From an uncultured Pirellulales bacterium (GTDB taxonomy: Bacteria > Planctomycetota > Phycisphaerae > Sedimentisphaerales > Anaerobacaceae): a DNA stretch of 24,000 bases. Of the stretch, positions 8,615-17,920 are shown piece by piece. Position numbers and translations under genes: made by a program. The stretch's first letter is position 1, and each line of letters starts with the position of its first letter. The notes beneath the pieces were generated by a model, which was not told the origin of the DNA, ran no database searches, and saw only the letters and a list, made by a program, of their open reading frames with translations. The stretch is taken from NCBI GenBank assembly GCA_964562575.1, contig CAZLTY010000033.1:2279-26278 (forward strand), in the 5' to 3' direction.

Positions 8615-10537
8615 ATGGGCGTCTGTTTGAGTCAGGAATTGGTTGAACGGTATATAGCTGGAACTTGTTCGGATGACGAGCTACAGGCGATAGAGGTCCA
8701 TCTGGCCGAATGTGAAAGCTGCCGAGAGCAAACCGAATCTGCCCGGTTGAGGATCACCTTGGCGAGCAAGTTAGACTCGGCCCACTTCTCTGGGGCCGCG
8801 AGGGGCGGTTCAGTTGAAAAGACACTTGCGCTTGATGAGTACCCTGTCCAGGCAGAGCCAACAGGGCCGGCAGATCACAGACGGCCCAGCTCATCGCCAG
8901 ATGAAAAGACACGTGTGCTTGAGGATGAACATGCGAATCCGCCGCCGGCCGGACACAACCGCGCCGGGCCAACTGAGCAGACGCTTTCGCTCGACGATGC
9001 CAGTTCGGGCCAAGCCGCATCGCAGTTGACGACGCTCCCATCTGACGGGCAGAACTTTGCCAAAGCGCTGGAGTCTATGATTGCCGGTTACGAGGTCCTG
9101 GAGGAGATGCCGCGAGGAGGTCAGGCGGCGGTTTATAAAGCCATTCACACAGCCACCAAGACAAACGTTGCGATCAAGGTATTACTGCCTACGCTGTTGG
9201 CTTCGGCCAGGGCACGCCACTACTTTGAGAGAGAAGCTGAGCTTATCGCCAGCCTCGACCACCCCAATATTGTCAGCATCCGCGACAGTGGCATCATCAA
9301 CCATCAGTACTACTTTGTGATGCAATACATCGACGGCCAGCCATTGGAGCGATATGTGCGCTTACATAAGCTGTCGTTTCGGGAAACAATCGTGCTGTTC
9401 AACAAAATCTGCGCTGCCATAACTTATGCTCATCAGCAGGGCATTATGCACCGTGACCTCAAATTTGCCAACATTCTTGTGGACAAGCGAGGCGAGCCCC
9501 ACGTGCTGGATTTCGGGCTGGCAAAGGCGGTGGGCCTGAGTGAGAAGTCTCCGGACAAAGCCGTCGCCACGATGACAGGCCAATTGGCCGGAACGCTCTC
9601 GACGATGTCACCGGAGCAGGCAGCCGGTCGGCCCGATCAGATTGACGTGCGTACGGACGTTTATTCTCTAGGTGTTATGCTCTATCGCATGTTGACGGGT
9701 CAATATCCGTATGAAGTTGGCGGCTCTACTCTCGAGGCGCTGCAGAACATCCAGAAGGCCGATCCGGTCAGACCCCGGCAACTTGATCGCAAATTCGACT
9801 CCGATGTCGAGGCCATTCTGCTGACGGCTCTTGCTAAAGATCCTGCTGAGCGATACCAGTCCACTGCCGAGTTGCAGAGTGACACCCAGAACTGGCTTGA
9901 GGGTCGTCCCATTCGCGTAAAGTCGATCAGCACCCTATACCTCTTGCGCAAGATTGTTGCCCGGCATCGATACACAAGTACGGTCGCCGCTTTGCTACTC
10001 TTGATCGTCCTGGGTTTTGCGTACACGTGCCTTGATTTGTATCTAACGGCCGAGAAGGCCCGAAAAGAACAGGTGGCCTACGCTGCGCAGCTAACGGCCC
10101 AGACGGACAGGGCCAAAACGTTGACGCGGTCACTCGTTTTCACCTGTTTCCTGAACGCCTGGAGGCAGGAGAACAGTTTCTTAACCAGGCTGGTGTTTGC
10201 GTACCTATCCGAAGGTTCCAAGGAACGGCAGGCAGCAGTGTTCCTGCTCAGTTCCAAACCTGTGGCAGAGAAAGAGGCTGGTTTTCGCCGGGGTCTGTCG
10301 GAAAAGGACGGCTGGTTCGCAGATTTTATTGTTGGCGAGAATCACCTGCACAGCGGCGACCGAAAAGAGGCGATTGAAGCGTACAGACGCAGCTATGAAA
10401 CCATCCGACAGTTATCGCAGCATGATGACATGAATGTTGGCGGCGTGCTTGTCAATCAGGTCAGGCAGAGATTGGACGAGCTTGATGCCACTGACAAACC
10501 CCCAGAGGAAGGCCAGCAGCGACAGACAGAGATGTAA
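8615..10537 (+). CDS. Ser/Thr protein kinase with N-terminal zf-HC2 (anti-sigma-type) zinc finger, one TM helix and a C-terminal extracytoplasmic helical domain
   Basis: The zf-HC2-like segment is [15 protein letters not shown]. Kinase motifs are [33 protein letters not shown] and SPEQAAG. The TM helix is [22 protein letters not shown]. Confidence 0.9.
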   Translation: MGVCLSQELVERYIAGTCSDDELQAIEVHLAECESCREQTESARLRITLASKLDSAHFSGAARGGSVEKTLALDEYPVQAEPTGPADHRRPSSSPDEKTRVLEDEHANPPPAGHNRAGPTEQTLSLDDASSGQAASQLTTLPSDGQNFAKALESMIAGYEVLEEMPRGGQAAVYKAIHTATKTNVAIKVLLPTLLASARARHYFEREAELIASLDHPNIVSIRDSGIINHQYYFVMQYIDGQPLERYVRLHKLSFRETIVLFNKICAAITYAHQQGIMHRDLKFANILVDKRGEPHVLDFGLAKAVGLSEKSPDKAVATMTGQLAGTLSTMSPEQAAGRPDQIDVRTDVYSLGVMLYRMLTGQYPYEVGGSTLEALQNIQKADPVRPRQLDRKFDSDVEAILLTALAKDPAERYQSTAELQSDTQNWLEGRPIRVKSISTLYLLRKIVARHRYTSTVAALLLLIVLGFAYTCLDLYLTAEKARKEQVAYAAQLTAQTDRAKTLTRSLVFTCFLNAWRQENSFLTRLVFAYLSEGSKERQAAVFLLSSKPVAEKEAGFRRGLSEKDGWFADFIVGENHLHSGDRKEAIEAYRRSYETIRQLSQHDDMNVGGVLVNQVRQRLDELDATDKPPEEGQQRQTEM

Positions 10538-10542
10538 GAGCC

Positions 10543-11349
10543 ATGCACTTTCGCGATTCGACATCAGTCAAACGACGCAGAGGTTTTACCCTGATAGAAC
10601 TGCTTGTTGTAATCGCGGTCATTGCGCTGCTTCTGGCTATTCTCCTACCTTCCCTGCGCAAGGCCAAGGCGCTCACAAAGCGTATAAGCTGCCAGAGCAA
10701 TCTCAAACAGATCGCAACCGCGTGGAGCATGTACCTTGATGATAACGACGGGCGTTTTTACCAGCACAGGACCGGCCACCTGAACTACGGCGGATGGCGC
10801 GGGATAATGGGCTGGTCTCCTCGTCCGCTCAACAAGTACTTCAACTTGCCTGTCGATCTGCCCGATGACCCCAATACCAAGACTAACGCCAAAATCTTCT
10901 GTTGTCCCGCCGACCGCGGTGGAGTCCCTGGCTATGCGGTGAGAGAGAAGGCTCACGACTATCTCGGAACCAGCTACCAGACCAATATCATGCTGATCGG
11001 ACCGGATCAGGTCCTGGTTCTTCCCGATGCATTCCAACCGCTCCACCTGGAAATCAACAAGCGGCTGAAGAAGCTCACTCTCGACCGCGTGGACAATCAC
11101 TCGCGCATGTTGCTCATAGGCGATTACGGATCGTATAACCAATGGAAACTACCGCCTCATGCCCGCGAGGACTGGAAGGAGCTTGCGGAGTGGCACGATC
11201 GGCCGGATTGGCACAATATGGCCTTCCTGGACGGCCACGTCGGCTTTCTCAATCTCCGCAAGGGAATTTACGTAGCCGACGAATATACGGTGCTGCCCTT
11301 CAATGAACTCTACGGCCTGGCCCATGAGATTCAGGCGACGTTGCCTTGA
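10543..11349 (+). CDS. prepilin-type N-terminal cleavage/methylation domain protein, DUF1559-like pseudopilin
   Basis: The ATG lies 6 nt after the kinase stop. The N-terminus is [32 protein letters not shown] and the C-terminal motif is [14 protein letters not shown]. It is a paralog of 374-1120. Confidence 0.85.
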   Translation: MHFRDSTSVKRRRGFTLIELLVVIAVIALLLAILLPSLRKAKALTKRISCQSNLKQIATAWSMYLDDNDGRFYQHRTGHLNYGGWRGIMGWSPRPLNKYFNLPVDLPDDPNTKTNAKIFCCPADRGGVPGYAVREKAHDYLGTSYQTNIMLIGPDQVLVLPDAFQPLHLEINKRLKKLTLDRVDNHSRMLLIGDYGSYNQWKLPPHAREDWKELAEWHDRPDWHNMAFLDGHVGFLNLRKGIYVADEYTVLPFNELYGLAHEIQATLP

Positions 11350-11367
11350 GCGAAATTCAGCCATTTT

Positions 11368-11399
11368 GAAGGCAACAGCCTCCGTTGTTGCCTTCTTTT
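11368..11399 (+). terminator. rho-independent terminator ending the kinase/pseudopilin transcription unit
   Basis: The perfect 10-bp stem GAAGGCAACA (11368-11377) pairs with TGTTGCCTTC (11386-11395). The loop is 8 nt and the stem is followed by TTTT. Confidence 0.8.
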
Positions 11400-11681
11400 A
11401 ACGATTCCGGACTGGGAGCCTGTTGGGCAACTCGATCTGGCTTCGAGTGGCCCTTTTCCGCCTGGCTGTCCCGATGTACATCGGGAGCTGTATCGACGAT
11501 AAGACCAATCCGCCTTCGGCGGACTTCGCCGTCTTTGCCAGGCGAAGAAATTGTCCGCTCTCGGGCCGACGACGGAATTCTCCGACAGCTTCCTATTGCT
11601 GCAGGCCCCGTCTAAGCCTCAGAATTGAGAAGACTGTGCCAATCCAAACCGGAGAATCTTCCTTCTTTTGAGAGAATTATC

Positions 11682-11711
11682 TTGAAATCATGGGTGATGT
11701 GAAGGTATAAT
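11682..11711 (+). promoter_or_regulatory. sigma70-like promoter candidate for the large surface-protein gene
   Basis: TTGAAA (11682-11687), an 18-nt spacer, then TATAAT (11706-11711). It lies ~160 nt upstream of the ATG at 11873. Promoter consensus in this phylum is uncertain. Confidence 0.4.
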
Positions 11712-11872
11712 TAATCGGTCTGTACCGGTAGACTCATTTGTCATTCGGTTGTCCGGGCAAAAGTAGAGAAATCTCTCGGTTTGTGGCAATTGTTACCCTG
11801 AGGAGGTGCCCAATTAACCTTCGCCGAACTGTTTCATACTCTCTGTCGGCACAAAAGAAAGAAGGCTGTAAG

Positions 11873-14851
11873 ATGATCGCCAATCAAGGAGACAGGATTC
11901 TAAGAAAGACTATGCGTTTGTCTGTGGTTCTAATTGCGGTAATGCCTGCCTTGACTGCGTGGGCACCGCCAATCTACACGATTACACCGTCGGCCGGTCC
12001 AAACGGCTCTATATCTCCTGCCAGCGATACTACCGTAAGCCACAGCAGTGATCTTGTCTTTACGGCTGCCGCCGAGACAGGCTATCAGGTGCATAAATGG
12101 TCACTGGACGGCGAGACGGTTCAGAGCGGCGACACCAGTTACACGCTGAGCGATATCCAGTCCAATCACACCGTCGAGGTAACCTTCCGCCAGCTCAAAT
12201 ACGAAGTTACCGGCATAGCCGGCCCCAACGGCTCGATAAGTCCATCCGGCGCCACGACCGTAACCTACGGAAGCGATTTGGCGTTTACGGCTACTGCCGA
12301 GACAGGTTATCAGGTGGACACGTGGTCCGTGGATGGCTCTGTGGTTCAGATCGGCGGCAGCGACTACACGCTAAGCAACATTCAGGCCGACCATGCGGTC
12401 GAGGTGACCTTCCGCCTGTCGGGATACCATGTAACAGGTTCGGCTGGCGCCAACGGCTCGATAAGCCCATCCGGCTCGACGACCGTAACCCCCGGAAGCG
12501 ATTTGGCTTTTACGGCTACTGCCGATGCAGGTCATCAGGTACATAAATGGTCCGTGGACGGCTCTGAGGTTCAAACCGGCGGTACCGACTACACGCTAAG
12601 CAATATTCAGGCCAATCACACGGTCGAGGTAACCTTTCACGCACTTTCGTACACGATAGACGCCACCGCCGGTCCAGGAGGCTCCGTTGATCCTACGGGC
12701 ATTGATGTCCAATACGGCGGCAGCTCTACATTTACGGCAACTCCCGATACCAACTACAGAGTTGACACGTGGTTTCTAGATGGCTCTGTAGCCCAGACAC
12801 GTGGCACTGCCTATTCCACCGGCAACGTCTATACTGATCACACAATTCATGTCACTTTCGTCAAAGTGCAGGTGCTGTCATATTCTCTTGGATCATTTGA
12901 ATTTGAAGACGAGGATGAGTTTAGCAGTCATATTGTCAACAACAACACAGAGTACCCCGATGAAGCTCTGGTTTTCGTCGAGCCGGTGGGTCTCGGACTG
13001 GATCCTGACAACGTCGCGATGGTACTGCACAACCGAAAGGATAATGAGGGCAAGGCGGTCAATGCGCGCGCCAAAGGCATGTTTGTCAAAACGGGCGCTG
13101 ACGAAATCCTGATCTACTTCAATTACTTGTTCAGGACTTCAAACGTTGAGTTAATCGTCTACGTATCAGACTCTCCACTACCGATGGCCCCCGATGATCG
13201 CCTGCGAGAGCAGCACTACATCGAGGTCGCCCGTCTTGCTTCTCCGCCTTTTCCCAGACCGGGTTCAGTTGGGAGTGGGCGCTTTGCAGTCTTTCAAAGA
13301 ATCGTCTGGACAGGCAGCCTGGACTTTGCCAAAGGGCTCTATATCGAACTGGAGCTGGTTGAGCCAGATTTGAACGGTATCCTTTTGGCTAGCCCGGTGC
13401 CGAGGGTACCGGCGGGCAACGGCGGCAGCTCAGTCTACGTTGACAATTGGAGCACCACGGTGCAGTGTTACGGCATCTGTCAGGACATCAACGGGGACAA
13501 CTTTGTCGACGAGGCGGACTTCCTCATGGTTATAGGTGGATGCGGAGGCGATGCATCCGGTGACAGGGCCTGCCTGGAGGGGGCCTTCAGTACCGATGGA
13601 TATACGGATTCCTATGACGTGGCTTCGTGGGACTGGGCCATGAATTCCGATCAGCGTCTCCTGAATTACTGTGGCTTGCCTCTTACAGGTGGGTCCGCAA
13701 GCTTCCAAATGATGAGTGCTCCAATGCTTGCTCCGACAGGTCCCGGTGAGGCTATGGCATTTGCAAACCTGCCCAATGATTTGAGTGACTTGCTGGTACT
13801 AGGCAAGCAGGGGCCTGCCGATGCGCCCAGCAAGCTGAGAGACCGCCTGTACACCTTCGCCAATGATGGCCGATACACTGGATCGTTCGAGCCTGCATCG
13901 GATCGCGGCAACATCAGGCTTATCCAGGGTTCGGAAGGTGGGCTCTACCAACTTAATTCCGAGACGGGTCTGCTTCGGTTGGACAGCACGGACGAAGTGA
14001 TCATACCACCTGGCAAACTCGAGCCCGCCGGCTTCAGGGAACCTCGCTACAATCGGTCCGCTGCGGTCTACATCGGTATTCAGGGCTCGGACGCGGACTC
14101 ATTTGGCCGTCCTATTCTTGACGCGGCTGTGGAGGCGAACCACGTCTATGTTGTTCCGGTTGTGGTCAGTCCTAATGGCGGTCAGGCTTACACGGCGGCA
14201 GCAAAGCTCAAGCTGCTGACCGAAGGGACCGCCCCATACGAACTTGTAGAGCTATACGACGAGCCTCCGCTCTTGCACGATAACCAGTACCGAGACAATC
14301 TGAGAGAGATCGAATTCGACAGTTCAGGCAACCTGTATGTTCTCAACGTGAATTCTCTCAATGAGAGCGACATACTCTGGAGATACAGGCCGGATGGAAC
14401 GATAGATCGCTTGGAACTGGGCAGACCGGACGGCGCCAACTACGTGCCGGATCCTATTGCGATGCACGTCTCACGGACAACTGACGTGCTGTACCTTGCA
14501 TCGGCCGCACTTGATCCGCTGGATCCGGAGTCGACCATTATCTACCGCTTTTCCACTCTGGGTGCCATTACCCTTGAGAAGTCCATTGCGATTCATGGCA
14601 TACAGCATGTGACCAGCATAGCCGAGGATTCGCAAACCGCAGCGATCTGGGTCGCAGGCTTTAATATGCGCAACATCCCTCTGTATCCGAATCCGACCCA
14701 ACCGGCATTCTACTACCCGCGTCTGGCAAGGGTATCATTCGAATACGGCAATGTCTGGCTGGAGTCTCTGTTCGATCCTTCGTCGCATGACCTGGCGCTG
14801 CCGATGTCAATTCTATGGACAGGGGCTGTCGAGCGAAACGCAGTTCAGTAG
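11873..14851 (+). CDS. large secreted/surface protein: 4 tandem InlB-B-repeat-like/Ig-like domains, one dockerin/EF-hand-like Ca-binding loop, C-terminal probable beta-propeller
   Basis: ATG at 11873 follows GAAGG (alternative start ATG 11912). The signal sequence is MRLSVVLIAVMPALTAWA. The repeats read Y.VTG.AGPNGSISPSG.TTVT.GSDLAFTATA.TGYQV..WSVDGS.VQ.GG.DYTLSNIQA.H.VEVTF. DINGDNFVDEADF lies at 13484-13522. The C-terminal part has NHL-like strings (GNLYVLNVNS..., VLYLASA...). Domain names are from memory. Confidence 0.85.
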   Translation: MIANQGDRILRKTMRLSVVLIAVMPALTAWAPPIYTITPSAGPNGSISPASDTTVSHSSDLVFTAAAETGYQVHKWSLDGETVQSGDTSYTLSDIQSNHTVEVTFRQLKYEVTGIAGPNGSISPSGATTVTYGSDLAFTATAETGYQVDTWSVDGSVVQIGGSDYTLSNIQADHAVEVTFRLSGYHVTGSAGANGSISPSGSTTVTPGSDLAFTATADAGHQVHKWSVDGSEVQTGGTDYTLSNIQANHTVEVTFHALSYTIDATAGPGGSVDPTGIDVQYGGSSTFTATPDTNYRVDTWFLDGSVAQTRGTAYSTGNVYTDHTIHVTFVKVQVLSYSLGSFEFEDEDEFSSHIVNNNTEYPDEALVFVEPVGLGLDPDNVAMVLHNRKDNEGKAVNARAKGMFVKTGADEILIYFNYLFRTSNVELIVYVSDSPLPMAPDDRLREQHYIEVARLASPPFPRPGSVGSGRFAVFQRIVWTGSLDFAKGLYIELELVEPDLNGILLASPVPRVPAGNGGSSVYVDNWSTTVQCYGICQDINGDNFVDEADFLMVIGGCGGDASGDRACLEGAFSTDGYTDSYDVASWDWAMNSDQRLLNYCGLPLTGGSASFQMMSAPMLAPTGPGEAMAFANLPNDLSDLLVLGKQGPADAPSKLRDRLYTFANDGRYTGSFEPASDRGNIRLIQGSEGGLYQLNSETGLLRLDSTDEVIIPPGKLEPAGFREPRYNRSAAVYIGIQGSDADSFGRPILDAAVEANHVYVVPVVVSPNGGQAYTAAAKLKLLTEGTAPYELVELYDEPPLLHDNQYRDNLREIEFDSSGNLYVLNVNSLNESDILWRYRPDGTIDRLELGRPDGANYVPDPIAMHVSRTTDVLYLASAALDPLDPESTIIYRFSTLGAITLEKSIAIHGIQHVTSIAEDSQTAAIWVAGFNMRNIPLYPNPTQPAFYYPRLARVSFEYGNVWLESLFDPSSHDLALPMSILWTGAVERNAVQ
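11975..12868 (+). repeat. intragenic tandem repeat, 4 x ~225 nt (75 codons)
   Basis: Units start at 11975, 12200, 12425 and 12650. Units 2 and 3 are very similar at nucleotide level by eye. Units 1 and 4 are more diverged. Confidence 0.85.
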
Positions 14852-14916
14852 GACCGCGTCGGAGACGTAGATTTTGGTGACTTTATCTTCATGACAAAAG
14901 CGTCGCCCGATCACGT

Positions 14917-16308
14917 TCATTTCGCCAAATCTGAAAATTGAAAATCGATGGTCATTAACAGATGATCGCTCAGTTTGCTGTCGGCAGCATCCAGTTTCAG
15001 TTGCCTGCATTCGGTTTGATTCAGGAACTCGGAATCGAGTATGAATCCATTCTTGCCAGCAAGAGTCTTGGCGCTATAGATGACATAATCCAGCTTGCCC
15101 GGTGAAAAGGAGGCACGCGATCCTCCTCGCCAGGTGACAACAGATTCGCCGATCAAGTTAGGTATCAGCCAATCTTTCAGGCCGCAGGTTTTCTCTTCGA
15201 GGATCAAATCCAAAGGCGCCCTGGATCCGACCAAATTGAAATCGCCGACAATCACTACGGCTGGCTTTCTCCCTCGCGCATCATCTTCGAAATACTGCCC
15301 GCTGCAGACTTCCTCGATCGTGGCAACAATGTCACTCGCCTGCCGGATGCGAAGCCGATCTTCACTGCTGTCAATATATCCCATGGCTTTTAGATGAACA
15401 TTTATGATCAGCAGGTTGTTTTCGGCCAATCTGACCAGAGCCGCCGCATACCTGTCATTTTTCGACGGCAATATGTTCAAACGATACTTCGATGCAATGA
15501 CATTGCCGTGTACTTTGTGGATATGCCACCGACCTTTGTCCTCTGGCGGCATCAAATGTTCCAGGATTTGACCGTGACCTTCGGTCTTCCACTCTTCCTG
15601 AAAACAATAGATGTCACCGTCAACAGAATTCAACAGACGCCCCATCGCCCCTGCTCGATCAGGATCGCTCAAACCTTCGAAATAGGTGTTGAAACTCACA
15701 ATTCTCATGTCGGTTCCGGGCTCCCGACGATGGGAACGGCGCTTGGGTGTTTGCGAGGATTGTGAAAATGTAAATCTAACCGGGGCCCTGAGCTGATCGG
15801 AGCCGCCGAATTGAATGCTTACCGAATCGCCGCGGTCTATATCGAATCGGGCAAGGTCAATCTGCATTTCGAATTCATTCTGCGCGTAGGTCGGCCCGAT
15901 GACGTACTTCAAGTGAGTCCAGGCAATTCGTTCTTTTGCGCCGTCGTTTAGAAAGGCTCGCCTGCCTCGCATATCGAGAACCAGTTGTCGACTGTCCGGC
16001 AGACTGATTGTGACTAGCAGAGTCCCTTCTGCTTCCGGGCCGTTCTGGATGTTCAGGAGGTTAGTCGTATCGAATCGAAGATAGAGCATAGAGCCCTGAC
16101 TTGCGGCGCAGACCGTCGTAATGTCAAACGCGCCCTTGGCGTCCCCTTTTGGATCGCGTGCACAAACTCTGACATCTTTCCAGTCTTGAAATGCTCCGTC
16201 AATTCTCATGACCGATGCCGATAACCTGCCTGTCGAGATCAGTGAAAAAGTGGCAGCAAAAAGACAAGAACCAATCCATGTGCGACGAGGCGATTTTGGG
16301 TTCAACAT
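14917..16308 (-). CDS. secreted endonuclease/exonuclease/phosphatase (EEP) family protein with N-terminal beta-sandwich-like domain
   Basis: ATG at 16308-16306, 30 nt downstream of the nupC stop. The signal sequence is MLNPKSPRRTWIGSCLFAATFSLISTG. EEP strings are RIVSFNTYFEG, IYCFQEEW, LLIINVHLKA, VIVGDFNLVG, LDYVIYS and LSDHLLM. Confidence 0.85.
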   Translation of the reverse strand: MLNPKSPRRTWIGSCLFAATFSLISTGRLSASVMRIDGAFQDWKDVRVCARDPKGDAKGAFDITTVCAASQGSMLYLRFDTTNLLNIQNGPEAEGTLLVTISLPDSRQLVLDMRGRRAFLNDGAKERIAWTHLKYVIGPTYAQNEFEMQIDLARFDIDRGDSVSIQFGGSDQLRAPVRFTFSQSSQTPKRRSHRREPGTDMRIVSFNTYFEGLSDPDRAGAMGRLLNSVDGDIYCFQEEWKTEGHGQILEHLMPPEDKGRWHIHKVHGNVIASKYRLNILPSKNDRYAAALVRLAENNLLIINVHLKAMGYIDSSEDRLRIRQASDIVATIEEVCSGQYFEDDARGRKPAVVIVGDFNLVGSRAPLDLILEEKTCGLKDWLIPNLIGESVVTWRGGSRASFSPGKLDYVIYSAKTLAGKNGFILDSEFLNQTECRQLKLDAADSKLSDHLLMTIDFQFSDLAK

Positions 16309-16382
16309 TTTTGGGCCTTTCAATCCCGCTCGACACATCAGATCAACATTCCAACAACACATGCGGTTGTAAAGCCGGCTAA
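16306..16382 (-). repeat. direct-repeat copy B (native nupC 3' end, stop codon and nupC-EEP spacer)
   Basis: Positions 16314-16361 are identical to 1639-1686. Similarity decays in the flanks, including a ~9-nt indel and a shared caaa(a)ATG. Confidence 0.85.
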
Positions 16383-17594
16383 TGTGCCGCCGACCATGGA
16401 GCGTAAACTCAACTGGGCAATGTCCTCCCGACGGGATGGGACCATGGCGCCGATGCCGCCTATCTGGATGGCAACCGAGCCGAAATTAGCGAATCCGCAC
16501 AGCGCGTACGTTGCGATGGTGAACGAGCGCTCATTCAACTGATCACGCATTTCTACAAGATCCATATAGGCGATGAACTCATTGAGCACCGTCTTTTGGC
16601 CCAGGACGGACGAGACTTTGAGTACATCCTCGCTGCGGATGCCCATGACCCAGGCAAACGGGCAGAATATCCACCCCACGATTCTCTCGAATGTCAGCGG
16701 GGCGGCCACCGTCATCTCCACTGCGGCCTCAGTGCTCCGCGTCATGTAAATCACGAAGAACTGACCTCGATCGAGGCCCCAATTGATCAAGGCGATCAGA
16801 CAGACAAAGGCCAAAACCATGGCCCCGACGTTGAGTGCGAGTTTCAGGCCTATTGACGCCCCGTTACAGGCGGCGTCGATGACATTGCGACCCTGGCGCG
16901 GGACTTCAACGCTGACCTGTCCCCTGGTCTTTGAAACCTCTCGTTCGGGGACCATGATCTTGGCGATCACGAGCGAGGCCGGCGCCGACATGATCGATGC
17001 AGCTAGCAGATGCCCGGCATCGATGCCGAGGCCGACATAGGCGGCCATGACGCTGCCTGCGATGGTTGCCATGCCGCCTGTAAGCATGGCCATCAGTTCC
17101 GAGCGAGTCATCGATTCCAGATAAGGTCGAACCATCAGCGGTGCCTCGGTGTGCCCAAGGAAGACGTTGGCTGCCGCAGCCAGTGACTCCGAACCGGAGA
17201 CATCCATCACGCGCACCATGGACCAGGCCAGCACTTTGACAATCTTCTGAATCACACCCCAATGAAACAGAACACCAGTCAGACATGAAAAGAAAACGAT
17301 CAACGGCAACACCGAGAACGCAAAATAATGGTCTCGAAAACCCTCCCCAAAAAGGAAGGTCGACCCCTCGTTTCCACATGCCACGATTCCATTGACGAAT
17401 CGCTGCAGTGCGTCAAAGACCAGGCGCCCGGGAGTTGTCTTGAGGATCACAAGTGCAAAGGTCAACTGAAACAGCATGCCCGTTACGATCAGTCGCACGT
17501 GAACACGCCTGCGGTCCTCCGACAGCGCCCACGCCAGAAGCAACATCACCCACAACCCCAGGAAACTGATCAGTCTGGGCACCAAGCCATGCAT
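16338..17594 (-). CDS. nupC: NupC/CNT-family concentrative nucleoside transporter
   Basis: This is a 418-aa polytopic membrane protein. CNT-family strings include LAAAANVFLGHTEAPLMVRPYL, MLTGGMATIAGSVMAAY, SIMSAPASLVIAKIM and ALCGFANFGSVAIQIGGIG. Confidence 0.88.
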   Translation of the reverse strand: MHGLVPRLISFLGLWVMLLLAWALSEDRRRVHVRLIVTGMLFQLTFALVILKTTPGRLVFDALQRFVNGIVACGNEGSTFLFGEGFRDHYFAFSVLPLIVFFSCLTGVLFHWGVIQKIVKVLAWSMVRVMDVSGSESLAAAANVFLGHTEAPLMVRPYLESMTRSELMAMLTGGMATIAGSVMAAYVGLGIDAGHLLAASIMSAPASLVIAKIMVPEREVSKTRGQVSVEVPRQGRNVIDAACNGASIGLKLALNVGAMVLAFVCLIALINWGLDRGQFFVIYMTRSTEAAVEMTVAAPLTFERIVGWIFCPFAWVMGIRSEDVLKVSSVLGQKTVLNEFIAYMDLVEMRDQLNERSFTIATYALCGFANFGSVAIQIGGIGAMVPSRREDIAQLSLRSMVGGTLAGFTTACVVGMLI

Positions 17595-17617
17595 CCTTTC
17601 ACTTCACAGCACAAGTC

Positions 17618-17643
17618 ACGGGCCGGGCCGCGCGGCCGCCCGT
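17618..17643 (-). promoter_or_regulatory. GC-rich hairpin in the presumed nupC 5' leader
   Basis: In ACGGGCCGGGCCGCGCGGCCGCCCGT, the outer 6 bp ACGGGC pair with GCCCGT and the inner GGCC pairs with GGCC around a GCGC loop. It ends ~24 nt upstream of the nupC ATG, and no U-tract follows. Confidence 0.25.
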
Positions 17644-17816
17644 TGGCAATGCTCGATTGCACGCCGTCGCAGCATACTACCACAAGAGCACGATATTTCA
17701 AGGCCGGTTGCCATAATGACCACAATTTGGTCGCGCAAGGGCAATGTTGGAACCGAAAGTGGCCGATAAAGAGAGGGAGACTTCCAATTAGTGAAGTCTG
17801 AAATAGAGTTATCGGG

Positions 17817-17920
17817 ATATAGTGCTCCCGATTGAAGATTCCCGTTTTTGCGCGGGTGAGTAACCTTACAATAACAGATTATGATCTTGCTCGCGGGAAT
17901 TTACTACCCTTCAAGGGTAT
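17817..17920 (+). promoter_or_regulatory. single copy of the bipartite R2+R1 element, ending 5 nt before the udk start codon
   Basis: It is ~85% identical by hand alignment (about 16 differences in 104) to the minus strand of 4687-4789. It contains a CCCG-tttttgcg-CGGG hairpin, an ATTCCCG...CGGGAAT inverted pair and the palindrome TACCCTTCAAGGGTA (17905-17919). The 3' half of that palindrome, AAGGG, is the likely udk SD. Confidence 0.75.

Noticed and set aside
11385-11671. Two overlapping ORFs (76 and 82 aa) in the 520-bp gap before the large surface-protein gene
   Set aside because: They begin inside or just after the strong terminator, lack an SD and have Arg/Ser/Pro-rich composition. The region more plausibly carries the promoter (11682-11711) and leader of the downstream gene.
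1708-16313. Integrase, transposase or tRNA that would make the repeat-bracketed block a classical genomic island
   Set aside because: None of the ORFs shows tyrosine or serine recombinase or DDE motifs. No tRNA-like sequence was recognised. The island interpretation is therefore kept only as a hypothesis in the findings.
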